DNA of 64,000 bases from an uncultured Acidobacteriota bacterium (GTDB taxonomy: Bacteria > Acidobacteriota > JAQAZP01). The translations under genes and the position numbers were made by a program. Of this stretch, positions 9,584-19,016 are shown piece after piece. Position 1 is the first letter of the stretch; every line of letters starts with the position of its first letter. The notes below the pieces were generated by a model. The model was given only the letters and a program-made list of their open reading frames with translations, did no database searches and was not told where the DNA came from. The stretch lies in assembly GCA_963836075.1 (NCBI GenBank), contig CAWIIB010000009.1, positions 1,536,001-1,600,000 of the forward strand. The letters run 5' to 3'.

Positions 9584-10177
9584 TCAGCTGGAATTCTTCT
9601 CCCAGCGATAGACGCGCTGGGGAGGGATGCTGAGCAGTTCCAGGTCCACCCGCGCTTCGCCCAGCACGGGACTGGTCAGACCATCCACGGCGTTGCGGAT
9701 CTGGTAAGCCACGAAGCGGCCGCCGGGCGGCAGCAGGCGGGCGATCAGGTCCAGCAGGCGGGCGCCGGCTTCAGCGCTCATGGTGGAGAAGGGAATTCCA
9801 GAGACCACCGTGTCCGGCGGAGCCAGACCGTGGTCGGCCAGGGAGGTTTCCATCTCCAGGGCGCTGCCGCAGTGAACCGTCAGGCGGGTATCCTCGATCC
9901 GGCGGATACGGGCGCAGAAGAGCGGGTTGATATCGAGGCTGAGCAGCGAGGCTTCCGGCGGCAGAGCCTTGAGGATGGCCCTGGTGACGCCGCCGGTTCC
10001 CGGCCCCAGCTCAACCACCGAGCGTGATCTGCTGATGCCTCCGGCCAGCACCACCCGCTGTTCCAGGAATCGCGAACTGGGAATGACCGACCCGATCTGC
10101 CGTGGGTGTTTCAGGAATTCTTTGAAGAAGACGGCCCGGTCCTGCATTCGTGAAAAAAGATCCTGGTTCCAGCCCAT
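9584..10177 (-). CDS. Phospholipid N-methyltransferase-like class I SAM methyltransferase
   Basis: IGSVIPSSRFL, VVELGPGTG, VSGIPF and FVAYQ motifs. Confidence 0.8.
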   Translation of the reverse strand: MGWNQDLFSRMQDRAVFFKEFLKHPRQIGSVIPSSRFLEQRVVLAGGISRSRSVVELGPGTGGVTRAILKALPPEASLLSLDINPLFCARIRRIEDTRLTVHCGSALEMETSLADHGLAPPDTVVSGIPFSTMSAEAGARLLDLIARLLPPGGRFVAYQIRNAVDGLTSPVLGEARVDLELLSIPPQRVYRWEKNSS

Positions 10178-10301
10178 TGCTGATCTCCAGTGAGGTTCTC
10201 CCCTTGGACAGTGGATGCCCGGTGTGCCTGTGAGGACTTTATACCACGGTGCACCGGGATCCGTCGAGGAGCGGCGCCGCAACGGCGAGCGCATTCCGTT
10301 C

Positions 10302-10330
10302 TTGACAGGTCCCGGAAGTTTCCTTAAGCT
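10302..10330 (+). promoter_or_regulatory. Sigma70-like promoter for the DtxR-family gene
   Basis: TTGACA-17 bp-TAAGCT. Confidence 0.55.
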
Positions 10331-10367
10331 AATTTTCGGGTGTTCGGTACCTTTCCCGAGGGAGATC

Positions 10368-10862
10368 ATGCACCAGTTAACCCCCAGCCAGGAAAACTAT
10401 CTGGAGTGGATTTACCGCCTCTCCCTCGACGGGCCGGTGCGCATGGGCGATCTGGCCTCCAAGCTCGGGGTCAAGGCCCCCAGCGCCAGCCGGGCGGTTA
10501 CCGGGTTGGCCAGGCTCAAACTGGTGAATCATCAGGTTTACGGGAGGATTGAGCTGACGGCAGAAGGCACCCGGGTGGGCCGGGCCCTGGTCCGCCGCAG
10601 CGACTGCCTCACCAGGCTGCTGGTGGAGATCCTGGGGATGGATGCCGCGGCGGCCGTTCCCGAAGTCCATCGGCTGGAACACGTTCTGGGCCAGGAGGTC
10701 CACTCGCGCCTGGAAGTCCTGGTGGATTTCGCCGGTTCGTCCCCCGCCTGGGTCAAGCGGCTCCAGCACCGGATCGAACAGCGGACCCAGCCGGAGGACG
10801 ACCCGGAAGGATTCGGGATCGGCAGGACCGAGATTCATGTCGGCCTCGACCGCCGGGACTGA
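10368..10862 (+). CDS. DtxR/MntR-family metal-dependent regulator
   Basis: LTPSQENYLEWIY, wHTH, YGRIELT and EVHRLEH motifs. Confidence 0.85.
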   Translation: MHQLTPSQENYLEWIYRLSLDGPVRMGDLASKLGVKAPSASRAVTGLARLKLVNHQVYGRIELTAEGTRVGRALVRRSDCLTRLLVEILGMDAAAAVPEVHRLEHVLGQEVHSRLEVLVDFAGSSPAWVKRLQHRIEQRTQPEDDPEGFGIGRTEIHVGLDRRD

Positions 10863-11046
10863 CCTCCGGACACAACCCACGGCCATTCCCTTAATACCCT
10901 TCTAAACCGGTTACGCCTTCCTTTGCGGGCCGTGAACGTTCCGGCTCGCCCCTGTGGGATCGGCTGCCGATCTTGATCGGTGGCAGGCTCTTCTCTATAC
11001 TTGGATTCCTGGTGCCGGAACTCTCCCACGCCGTGAGGCCAAGCCG

Positions 11047-11757
11047 ATGGGATCAATAACTTCAGAGCCGCTGAAAATTTCCGTGGTGATGCCTGTCTTC
11101 AACGAGGCGGCCACTGTTCGGTCGATCATCGACCTGGTCTGCGAGCAGGAGCTGGTGGACGAACTGGTGGTGGTTGACGACTGTTCCACCGACGGCACCG
11201 GCGAGATTCTCGCCGCGGTGGACATCCCGGCGGTGCGGGTGCTGCGCCACGAGACGAACCGGGGCAAGGGCGCCGCGCTGCGCACCGGGTTTGCCCAGGC
11301 CAGCGGGGACGTGGTCCTGGTCCAGGATGCCGACCTGGAGTACGACCCCCGGGAATACCGGCTGCTGATCCAGCCCATCGCCGAAGGGAAAGCCGATGTG
11401 GTCTACGGCAGCCGCTTCGCCGGCGGCGGGACTCACCGCGTGCTCTACTTCTGGCACTCGGTGGGCAACAGGATGCTGACTCTGCTCTCCAACATCTTCA
11501 CTGACCTCAACCTCACCGACATGGAAGTCTGCTACAAGGCATTCCGCAGCGAGGTCCTCCGTCGGATCACGCTCAAGGAGGACCGCTTCGGTTTCGAACC
11601 CGAAGTGACGGCCAAGATCGCCCGGCTGAAGGTCAGGATTTACGAGGTGCCGGTGAGTTACTACGGCCGCACCTACGCCGAGGGCAAAAAGATCGGTCTC
11701 CGCGACGCCTTCCGCACGCTCTGGTGCATTATCCGCTACAACACCTTCAGCAGATAG
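11047..11757 (+). CDS. GT2 glycosyltransferase (DPM1/polyprenol-phosphate type)
   Basis: VMPVFNE, DDCSTDGT, NRGKG, QDADLEYDP, VYGSRF, FGFEPE and EGKKI motifs. Confidence 0.9.
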   Translation: MGSITSEPLKISVVMPVFNEAATVRSIIDLVCEQELVDELVVVDDCSTDGTGEILAAVDIPAVRVLRHETNRGKGAALRTGFAQASGDVVLVQDADLEYDPREYRLLIQPIAEGKADVVYGSRFAGGGTHRVLYFWHSVGNRMLTLLSNIFTDLNLTDMEVCYKAFRSEVLRRITLKEDRFGFEPEVTAKIARLKVRIYEVPVSYYGRTYAEGKKIGLRDAFRTLWCIIRYNTFSR

Positions 11758-11781
11758 CCACCACCGCAATGACGGACGGAT

Positions 11782-12618
11782 TCAGGCCGCACCCCGGGCC
11801 ATGGCCTCCAGCCGCCGGATCCGCTCTTCCATGGGCGGGTGGGTGGAGAAGAACTTCTGCAGGCCGCCGATGAAGGGGTCGACGATGAACAGGTTGGCAT
11901 CCGCCGCATTGCCCCGCCGGCTGATCGGGATCTGTCGCGCCCCCTGGTGCAGCTTGGCCAGGGCGCGGGCCAGGGCCAGCGGGTTGCCGCAGATCTCTGC
12001 GCCGCCCCGGTCGGCGGCATACTCCCGCACCCGGGAGATGGCCATGCGCAGCAACATGGCGCCCAGCGGCGCACCCACCATGATCAGTATCATGCCCAGC
12101 GGGTTGTTGCTGCGGGACCGGCCCGCGGTGCCGAAGCGGGCGAACTGACCCAGGGTGGCGATGGCGCCGGCAAAGGTGGCGGCAATGGTGCCGGTGAGAA
12201 TGTCGCGATTTTTCACGTGGGCCAGCTCGTGGGCCATCACGCCTTCCAGTTCATCCTTCTCCAGGATCCTGAGAATGCCCCGGGTGGCCGCCACGGCGGC
12301 ATGCTGCGGGTTGCGCCCGGTGGCGAACGCGTTGGGCGTGTCTTCGGGCACGAGGTAGACCTTGGGCATGGGCAGGCCGGCTTTTTGTGTCAGCCCGGCC
12401 ACCATGGAATAGAGGCCCGACCCGTCCTCCGCCGTAATCTCCGCCGCGCGGTAGCGCTTGAGCACCAGTTTGTCGCTGAACCAGTAGGAGAAGAAGTTCA
12501 TTGCCGCGGCGGCGAGGAAGGCCAGGACAGCGCCGTCCCGACCTCCCACCGCCCCGCCAACCAGCACGAACATGACGGTGAGGGCCACCATCAGCATGAA
12601 GGTGCGGGACCTGTTCAT
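11782..12618 (-). CDS. htpX: Zinc metalloprotease HtpX (M48)
   Basis: PNAFATGRNP, HELAH, SRVREYAAD and FSTHPP motifs. Confidence 0.92.
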   Translation of the reverse strand: MNRSRTFMLMVALTVMFVLVGGAVGGRDGAVLAFLAAAAMNFFSYWFSDKLVLKRYRAAEITAEDGSGLYSMVAGLTQKAGLPMPKVYLVPEDTPNAFATGRNPQHAAVAATRGILRILEKDELEGVMAHELAHVKNRDILTGTIAATFAGAIATLGQFARFGTAGRSRSNNPLGMILIMVGAPLGAMLLRMAISRVREYAADRGGAEICGNPLALARALAKLHQGARQIPISRRGNAADANLFIVDPFIGGLQKFFSTHPPMEERIRRLEAMARGAA

Positions 12619-12641
12619 TTATCACCTCATCCGCGGTGCGA

Positions 12642-12845
12642 TCAGTCGCCGATGACGAAGGTCACCTTGAGGTTCACCCGGTAGGCGGTCACCTTGTTGT
12701 CCTTGACCGTCACCTGCTGGTCCTTGACCCAGGCGGTCTTGATCTTGTCCACGGTTTTGCCGGCCCGCTTGATGCCTTCCTGGATGGCATCTTCAAAGCT
12801 CTTTGATGACTCGGCGCTGATTTCGATCACTTTGGCCACTGACAT
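12642..12845 (-). CDS. Dodecin-family protein
   Basis: MSVAKVIEISAESSKSFEDAI...YRVNLKVTF, 67 aa. Confidence 0.9.
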   Translation of the reverse strand: MSVAKVIEISAESSKSFEDAIQEGIKRAGKTVDKIKTAWVKDQQVTVKDNKVTAYRVNLKVTFVIGD

Positions 12846-13112
12846 AATTGATCCCCTTTTGCTGTTCAGCAAGGCTGAGTTTTGGGTGTGGGACCGGGAC
12901 ACGGTCCGGGCATTCATTATATCCACATGAGACAAGACAACGGAACAGAAAAAAAGTCACCTGGCGGAGGTGGTGGAAATCCGGAGCAGGGTGCGGGGCC
13001 GCTGTGTACCCTGACCTGCCGGGCTTGTTCCCTCCGACGTGCCGGAAATGATATATAGATGGGATGAGCGGACCAGGGTGGCCCGTGGTTCAACCATACG
13101 AGGGCATTGCCA

Positions 13113-13667
13113 ATGGAAGCGATCATCCCCAAGAAGCTTTTTTTCACCAAGGGCGTGGGACATCACCGCAACAAACTGCAGAGCTTCGAGCTGGCCCTGC
13201 GGAGCGCCGGGATCGAAAAGTGCAACCTGGTCTATGTTTCCAGCATCTTCCCTCCCGATTGCAAGATCATCTCCCGCGAGGAGGGGATCAGCCAGCTCAA
13301 GCCGGGGCAGATCACTTTTGCCGTGCTGGCCAAGGAGCAGACCAACGAGCCAAACCGCCAGCTCTCGGCGGCCATCGGTCTGGCCCGGCCCAAAAACAGC
13401 CAGCAATACGGATATATCAGCGAGCACCACGGCTTTGGGGAGACCATGCGCAAGTCGGCCGATTTCGCCGAGGACCTGGCCGCCACCATGCTCGCTTCCA
13501 CCCTGGGGATCGAGCTCGATCCCGGTGTCGCCTGGGACGAGCGCAAGCAGGTCTACAAGGTTGGCCAGCGGCTCTTCGTCACCCGCAGCATCGCCCAGTC
13601 GGCCCGGGGCCACAAGGACGGCCTCTGGACCACGGTGGTTTCCAGTATCGTTTTTCTCATCTCCTGA
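13113..13667 (+). CDS. pdaD: Pyruvoyl-dependent arginine decarboxylase
   Basis: SFELALRSAGIEKCNLVYVSSIFPP with the Ser-Ser self-cleavage site; YGYISEHH. Confidence 0.9.
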   Translation: MEAIIPKKLFFTKGVGHHRNKLQSFELALRSAGIEKCNLVYVSSIFPPDCKIISREEGISQLKPGQITFAVLAKEQTNEPNRQLSAAIGLARPKNSQQYGYISEHHGFGETMRKSADFAEDLAATMLASTLGIELDPGVAWDERKQVYKVGQRLFVTRSIAQSARGHKDGLWTTVVSSIVFLIS

Positions 13668-13736
13668 CCTCCGGTGTCCGGACCCTGGACCGGACTGTTT
13701 CCTGGAGGCCCATGGATCAGGAAGGCAGGCTGCTTC

Positions 13737-14810
13737 ATGAGTGCCAGTTCTTCGCATTTCGCTGATGCACCCGACATCATCCCCCCGCGTCTGAAAAAGG
13801 GGATGTCGATGACCGAGCTGGTTCAGTTCATGGGCCGGACCTGCTTCGAAGCGCGAAACGTGGCCGCCGGGGCCCGCCTGTTCGGCCGGATGATCGGCGA
13901 AGGGGATACCATCTGGCTCGGCATCGCCGGGGCCGGTATCGCCGGCGGGATGGGCGGGATGGTGATCGACCTGATCGAGGCCGGGTTCATCGACGTGATC
14001 TGTTCCACCGGCGCCCAGGTCTATCACGATCTGCACTTCGCCTTCGGCCTGCCGGTGAAGGCGATCCATCCCCAGGCGGACGACGATGAACTGCGGCGTT
14101 GCGGCGACGTACGGATCTACGACATCGGCATCCGGGACAAGGAGACACTGGACGCCCAGGACACCTTGATCCGCCGTTTCGTCAGGGAGTGCCACGCCGC
14201 CGAGTTCGCCGGCCGCGCAGTTTCCAGCTGGGAGTTCAACTTCGCCCTCGGCCGCTGGGTGCTGGCCAAAGCTCCGCACCCCGAGCGGAGCTTCACCGCC
14301 GCCGCGGCCCGGTGCGGCGTGCCGCTTTTCTGGGATTCGCTCTCCAACCACTCCATCGCCCTGAACCTGATCATCACCGATGCCGAGGGGCTGCCGGTGA
14401 CCCTCTCGGCTCAGAAGGATATTTTCGATTCCACCGCCATCGCCTTTTCAGCGAAGAACACCGGTTTTGTCGAGCTCGGCGGCGGCGGGCCGAAGAACTT
14501 CATCCAGCAGACCGGCCCCACGATCAGCCAGATTCTCAAGAAGCCATTTAGCGGCGCTGAGCGGGGCCTGCAGATCGGCACGGCCATGGAGAAGGAGGGG
14601 AGCCTCTCCGGTTGCACCTTCAGCGAGTCGGTCACCTGGGGCAAGTATCACTCGGCGGACGACCGGAAGCTGATCCAGATCTGGGGCGAGTACAGTGTGA
14701 TCTTTCCCCTGCTGGCCGCCCACGTCATCGACAACTGCCCGGCCCGGAAAGCAAAGGACGTGGTCTCCCGGATGCCGGGCTTTATCGCCGCGCTGGAGGA
14801 AGCCCGGTGA
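13737..14810 (+). CDS. Deoxyhypusine synthase-like protein (probable homospermidine pathway)
   Basis: STGAQVYHDLHFA, GGGGPKNF and GSLSGCTFSESVTWGK (catalytic Lys kept). The true start may be 13712 if there is a +1 error. Confidence 0.85.
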   Translation: MSASSSHFADAPDIIPPRLKKGMSMTELVQFMGRTCFEARNVAAGARLFGRMIGEGDTIWLGIAGAGIAGGMGGMVIDLIEAGFIDVICSTGAQVYHDLHFAFGLPVKAIHPQADDDELRRCGDVRIYDIGIRDKETLDAQDTLIRRFVRECHAAEFAGRAVSSWEFNFALGRWVLAKAPHPERSFTAAAARCGVPLFWDSLSNHSIALNLIITDAEGLPVTLSAQKDIFDSTAIAFSAKNTGFVELGGGGPKNFIQQTGPTISQILKKPFSGAERGLQIGTAMEKEGSLSGCTFSESVTWGKYHSADDRKLIQIWGEYSVIFPLLAAHVIDNCPARKAKDVVSRMPGFIAALEEAR

Positions 14811-15742
14811 AACGGTACCACCTGCAGTTCCTGGAACCCGGAGAGGCGCTCACCGGTTTCGATGACGCAGCGGCGGCCATCCTGCCGGTGCCCTACGAAG
14901 GCGGAGTCTCCTGGGGACGGGGTGCGGCCGGCGGGCCCGACGCCCTGCTGAAGGCCTCGGCCCATGTCGAGGAATATGACGAGGTGCTGGATGTTGAACC
15001 CTGTCGGATGGGTATTGTCACCGTAACCCCGCCCGAGATTTCATCGGAGCCTGAGCGGGTGGAGCGGGCTGTCTTCGCCTGCACGGAAGAACTGATCGCC
15101 AACAGCAAGTTCCCGGTGATCATCGGCGGGGATCACTCGGTGAGCCTCGGCGGGTTCCGTGCTTTGCACGGGCGGTATGGCCGCCTCTCCGCCATCCAGC
15201 TGGATGCCCATGCCGACCTGCGGGAGGAATACGAAGGGAGCCGGCTGAGCCACGCCTGCATCATGGCCCGCATCCGGGAGTTCACCCCGGATGTGCTGCA
15301 GCTGGGTATTCGCAGCCTGTCGAAGCCCGAGGCGGAGCGGATTACCCGGGAAGAGCTGGCCGTCTTCACCATGGACCGGCTGCGCGGAAGCGAATTCGAC
15401 CTGGATGCCGAACTGGGTCGCCTGCCCGATCCGGTCTATGTCACGGTGGATCTGGACGCGTTCGACTGGAGTGTTATCCGCGGCACCGGCACCCCGGAGC
15501 CGGGTGGTTTTCTCTGGGCCGAGGGGCTGTCACTGCTGCGACGGATCTTCGAGACGAAGAATGTGGTGGGGTTTGACCTGGTGGAGCTGGCCGGCGGTGA
15601 AGGGGACCGCAATTCGGCCTTTGCCGCGGCCAAGCTTGCCTACCGGATGCTGGGGTTCAAGCTGGCCGCCGAGGTGTCCCGGGGCCATATGGATTGGCCC
15701 CGGGAACCGTGCGGCCCGCTCTCTTCCGTCACTAGTCCTTGA
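14807..15742 (+). CDS. speB: Agmatinase (ureohydrolase)
   Basis: GGDHS, DAHADL, DLDAFD and GTGTPEPGG motifs; GTGA overlap with the upstream gene. Confidence 0.88.
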   Translation: MKRYHLQFLEPGEALTGFDDAAAAILPVPYEGGVSWGRGAAGGPDALLKASAHVEEYDEVLDVEPCRMGIVTVTPPEISSEPERVERAVFACTEELIANSKFPVIIGGDHSVSLGGFRALHGRYGRLSAIQLDAHADLREEYEGSRLSHACIMARIREFTPDVLQLGIRSLSKPEAERITREELAVFTMDRLRGSEFDLDAELGRLPDPVYVTVDLDAFDWSVIRGTGTPEPGGFLWAEGLSLLRRIFETKNVVGFDLVELAGGEGDRNSAFAAAKLAYRMLGFKLAAEVSRGHMDWPREPCGPLSSVTSP

Positions 15743-16028
15743 TCTTCTCGGCGGTTTCCTCCACCGCCTCCTCGATCCCATCCGCCACCTCTCCGGCGCC
15801 CTCGGCGATCTCTTCGCCCACTTCCACGGCGTCCTCCTTCAACTCCTCAGCCGCCTCGGCCGTCTCTTTGCCAATCTCCTTGGCCGTTTCCTTGGTCGAA
15901 TCCACGGCCTGGTCCACCTTCTCGCCGGCCGATTCCATGAAGCCCTGCTCTTCTGTATTGGAGCAGCCCATGGAGACGCCAATAATCAGAGCCAGACAGA
16001 GCACCGCCAGCAGTGATTTGATCCACAT
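15732..16028 (-). CDS. Small acidic helical-repeat lipoprotein (LEA/YtxH-like)
   Basis: Lipobox SMGC followed by Glu/Ala/Lys-rich repeats. Confidence 0.7.
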   Translation of the reverse strand: MWIKSLLAVLCLALIIGVSMGCSNTEEQGFMESAGEKVDQAVDSTKETAKEIGKETAEAAEELKEDAVEVGEEIAEGAGEVADGIEEAVEETAEKIKD

Positions 16029-16135
16029 CTTTCATTCTCCTTATTGATTGCGGGATATGAAGTGATATCCCAGCCGGCATTATACTTGTCTCTTGTGATT
16101 GTCTTCCATCGGGGCCTGAAAGAACCGAGCAGTGA

Positions 16136-16378
16136 TCAGGCCTTTTTCACCAGGCCCACCACGAAGAGCAGCACAACGGCGCCCACCACAGCGGTGACCA
16201 GCGAGCCGATCATCCCGCCGGCGGCCATGCCGAACAGGCTGAAGAGGTAGCCGCCGATCATGGCGCCCACAACTCCCACCACCACGTTGCCCAGGAGGCC
16301 GAACCCGCGGCCCTTCATGATCTGTCCGGCGAGCCAGCCGGCCACGGCGCCAAGAAGCAGGAACCAGATGAATTGCAT
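16136..16378 (-). CDS. GlsB/YeaQ/YmgE (transglycosylase-associated) membrane protein
   Basis: GAVAGWLAGQIMKGRGFGLLGNVVVGVVGA motif. Confidence 0.9.
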   Translation of the reverse strand: MQFIWFLLLGAVAGWLAGQIMKGRGFGLLGNVVVGVVGAMIGGYLFSLFGMAAGGMIGSLVTAVVGAVVLLFVVGLVKKA

Positions 16379-16518
16379 TTGAGAACTCCTTTTACTGGAG
16401 AAATGATTATCGGACGGTGATTTCACCAGATTAGACCATATCCGGGCGGGAAAGTCACACGGGCGCACCGCAGCGGCATCCTTCCGGATGTCCGCCCTGA
16501 GATTTGGTGCGATGGGTT

Positions 16519-17856
16519 TTACCGGGGATAGAGCCGGCCAGCGGCCAGGTTGGCGCCGAAGGCGTCGTCGGTTGTGCCGACAAAGGCGTTGATCTGGCCC
16601 CGGTAATTGACGGTGCCTGTGGCCAGGCTGAACCAGCGGATCGCCCCGGGGTAGTTGGGGCTGGGCCCCGGAGCGGTGATCACCTCTTCGAAGCAGTCGT
16701 TGTCCACGTCAGCGGCGGCCACCTTGACGCCAAAGTGAGGCGTGGGGAAGGCCCGGAACGAGAGGCCGGGAAGGGGAATGCTGCCGCCGTCAACGTCGAA
16801 GATACGCACTTCGGCATTGCAGTTGAGCGCCGGCCCGGCGCCGGTGATAATCTCGTCGTACCCGTCACCGTCCACGTCGCCGGCGGCCACGTTGACCCCC
16901 CTGGTGTCGGCGCCATAGGCCATGAAATCGAGGCCGGGGACCGGTTTGATAGTGCCGCCCTCGAGGGTGAAGACTCGGACCCGGGCACAGAGCACGAGGC
17001 CCGGGCCGCAGCCGGTGATGATCTCGTCGCGGCCGTCACCGTCCAGGTCGCCGCAGGCCACGTTGACCCCGTATCCCTGATCCCCGGGGAAGGCCAGAAA
17101 ACCCAGGTCGTTGACCGAGTTGAAGCTTCCGCCGGCATAGCTGAAGATTTTCACCCCCGGTTTATACTGGTGGCCCGGGCCGCAGCCGGCGATGATCTCA
17201 TCCACCCCGTCGCCGTTCAGGTCACCGCAGCAGACCGACGCCCCGAAGTGGTTGTAGGAGAAGGCCAGGAAGGAACCGTTGTCCACCGGGCTCCCGTGGG
17301 CATGAAAGACCCTGATCTCGGGGCCGTGGCTGCCGGGTCCCGGGGAAACCACGATCTGGTCGGTGCCCGTGCCCAGTACGTCGCCACAGGCCAGCTGGAG
17401 CCCGCGTGTCTGATTGATGCCGCCAAAGGTCGTGAAGCTGCACATTTCGGGGGCCAGGTCCTCGAAGGCAAAGAGCCGGGCCGTGTCGGAGTTGAACAGG
17501 CCAGGGCCCGGCCCGGCGGCCAGTCGGGGCCGTTGCGGCGTGACCATCGGGCTGGTGTTGCCATATTGATCCACGGACTGGACGGCGAAGTAGTATGTGG
17601 TCTCCGCCTCACAGGGCACATCGATCACCACGCTCTCCCCGTCGTCAACAAAGTGGCGGTCCCCCTCGTCGAACGAGCCGGGAACGGTGGAGACGTAGAC
17701 GTAGTAGTCGAGGGAGCCAGGAGGAACAGTGGAAGGAGCGTTCCAGCTGACCAGGAACGAGGAGGCCTGGGCAGGTCCGGACATGAGAAGCACCGTTGAC
17801 ATGAGGACCAGTACGAGAACAAGCACCGTGAATCTGTGGGTCTGGAGGAACTGCAT
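16519..17856 (-). CDS. Secreted protein with an FN3-like N-terminal domain and FG-GAP repeats
   Basis: Signal peptide; VSWNAP...YYFAVQSVDQYGNTS; repeated GVNVAxGDxDGDGxDEIITGxGPG. Confidence 0.8.
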   Translation of the reverse strand: MQFLQTHRFTVLVLVLVLMSTVLLMSGPAQASSFLVSWNAPSTVPPGSLDYYVYVSTVPGSFDEGDRHFVDDGESVVIDVPCEAETTYYFAVQSVDQYGNTSPMVTPQRPRLAAGPGPGLFNSDTARLFAFEDLAPEMCSFTTFGGINQTRGLQLACGDVLGTGTDQIVVSPGPGSHGPEIRVFHAHGSPVDNGSFLAFSYNHFGASVCCGDLNGDGVDEIIAGCGPGHQYKPGVKIFSYAGGSFNSVNDLGFLAFPGDQGYGVNVACGDLDGDGRDEIITGCGPGLVLCARVRVFTLEGGTIKPVPGLDFMAYGADTRGVNVAAGDVDGDGYDEIITGAGPALNCNAEVRIFDVDGGSIPLPGLSFRAFPTPHFGVKVAAADVDNDCFEEVITAPGPSPNYPGAIRWFSLATGTVNYRGQINAFVGTTDDAFGANLAAGRLYPR

Positions 17857-17985
17857 TTCTCTCTCCCCGCGGTGTCATTAACCTCCCCCTGTGCCGGGTG
17901 AACCGGGCTGCTGCCCGCTGGCGTTGGCAAACGACATCGAACTGAATTGTTATAATACTTCTCAACAATAACACCCATATCTATG

Positions 17986-18001
17986 GCAATAGTCGTGCCA
18001 G
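17986..18001 (-). promoter_or_regulatory. Sigma54 (-24/-12) promoter
   Basis: Minus strand reads CTGGCACGACTATTGC, a consensus match, about 130 bp upstream of the 17856 start. Confidence 0.75.
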
Positions 18002-18199
18002 ATTCCCTCCTGTTGCTCACGGTATTTTCTCCTTCTATTGCCTCACTTGGATGCATTGCCATGTTGCGACAACCAATTACCCGCGCGGGGTTACCATTCG
18101 CGTCACGTTGAATTACGATATTGAAATATTCATCCCGGTTTCCGTGCCCGTGGTATAGGATGAACTGCCTCGCTCACAAGCAGGGTGTAAGGAGGGACA

Positions 18200-19009
18200 A
18201 TGACCGATACGACCGCAGGCACATCGTTACCAAAGGCCATACTCATCGACCTCGACGGGACGCTCTATGTCGGCAAAGTCCCGATCCCCGGGACGCAGGA
18301 GGCGGTCCAGTCTCTGCGCCGGGCAGGGATTCCTCTCCGGGTGCTGACCAACACCACCCGGAAATCGAGGCGGAACCTGGCCCGCAGGCTGGAGGGGATG
18401 GGGTTCCAGTTCCAAAACGAAGAGATCTATAGTGCACCATCCGCTGCTGCACGCTGGCTCCAATCCCGGGGCCTGAACCGGGTGATGCCGCTGATCGGCC
18501 GAGAGGCCTGGGAGGACCTGGAGAGGCTGACCATCGTGCCGCCTGAGGACGGGGCCGGACCGGTGGATGCTGTGCTGGTGGGCGACCTGGCCCATGACCT
18601 CAGCTTCGACCTGCTCAACCGGGCGTTCCTCGCCCTCGATGCCGGTGCCGAGCTGGTGGCCTGCCAGAAGAACCGTTACTGGCTCAGCCCCCGGGGCCTG
18701 TTGATGGATGCCGGTCCCATTGTCGTGGCCCTGGAATACGCCTCGGGGAAGGACGCCACGGTGGTGGGCAAGCCCTCGGCCGAGTTCTTCCACCAGGTCT
18801 TCCAGACGCCGGACGGGGACAGGTCAAATGTCTGGATGGTGGGTGACGACCTGGCTGCCGACGTTGGCGGCGCCCAGGCCGCCGGCCTCAAGGGCATACT
18901 GGTGAAGACCGGCAAGTTCCGCGAAAAGGACATCGCCCCCGACGCCCCCACCCCCGACCTGGCCCTCGACTCCTTTGCCGACCTGCCGGCCGCGCTGGGG
19001 CTGCCCTAG
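18200..19009 (+). CDS. HAD-IIA hydrolase (LHPP/TIGR01458-like)
   Basis: DLDGTLY, LTNTT, GKPS, VGDD...DVGGAQ and VKTGKF motifs. Confidence 0.88.
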   Translation: MTDTTAGTSLPKAILIDLDGTLYVGKVPIPGTQEAVQSLRRAGIPLRVLTNTTRKSRRNLARRLEGMGFQFQNEEIYSAPSAAARWLQSRGLNRVMPLIGREAWEDLERLTIVPPEDGAGPVDAVLVGDLAHDLSFDLLNRAFLALDAGAELVACQKNRYWLSPRGLLMDAGPIVVALEYASGKDATVVGKPSAEFFHQVFQTPDGDRSNVWMVGDDLAADVGGAQAAGLKGILVKTGKFREKDIAPDAPTPDLALDSFADLPAALGLP

Positions 19010-19016
19010 ACTTACC

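Noticed and set aside
13712-13765. Polyamine-sensing uORF or programmed frameshift before the DHS-like gene
   Set aside because: A single +1 error joins this RBS-led ATG to the main frame, matching the contig-wide error pattern. It is not fully excluded without reads.
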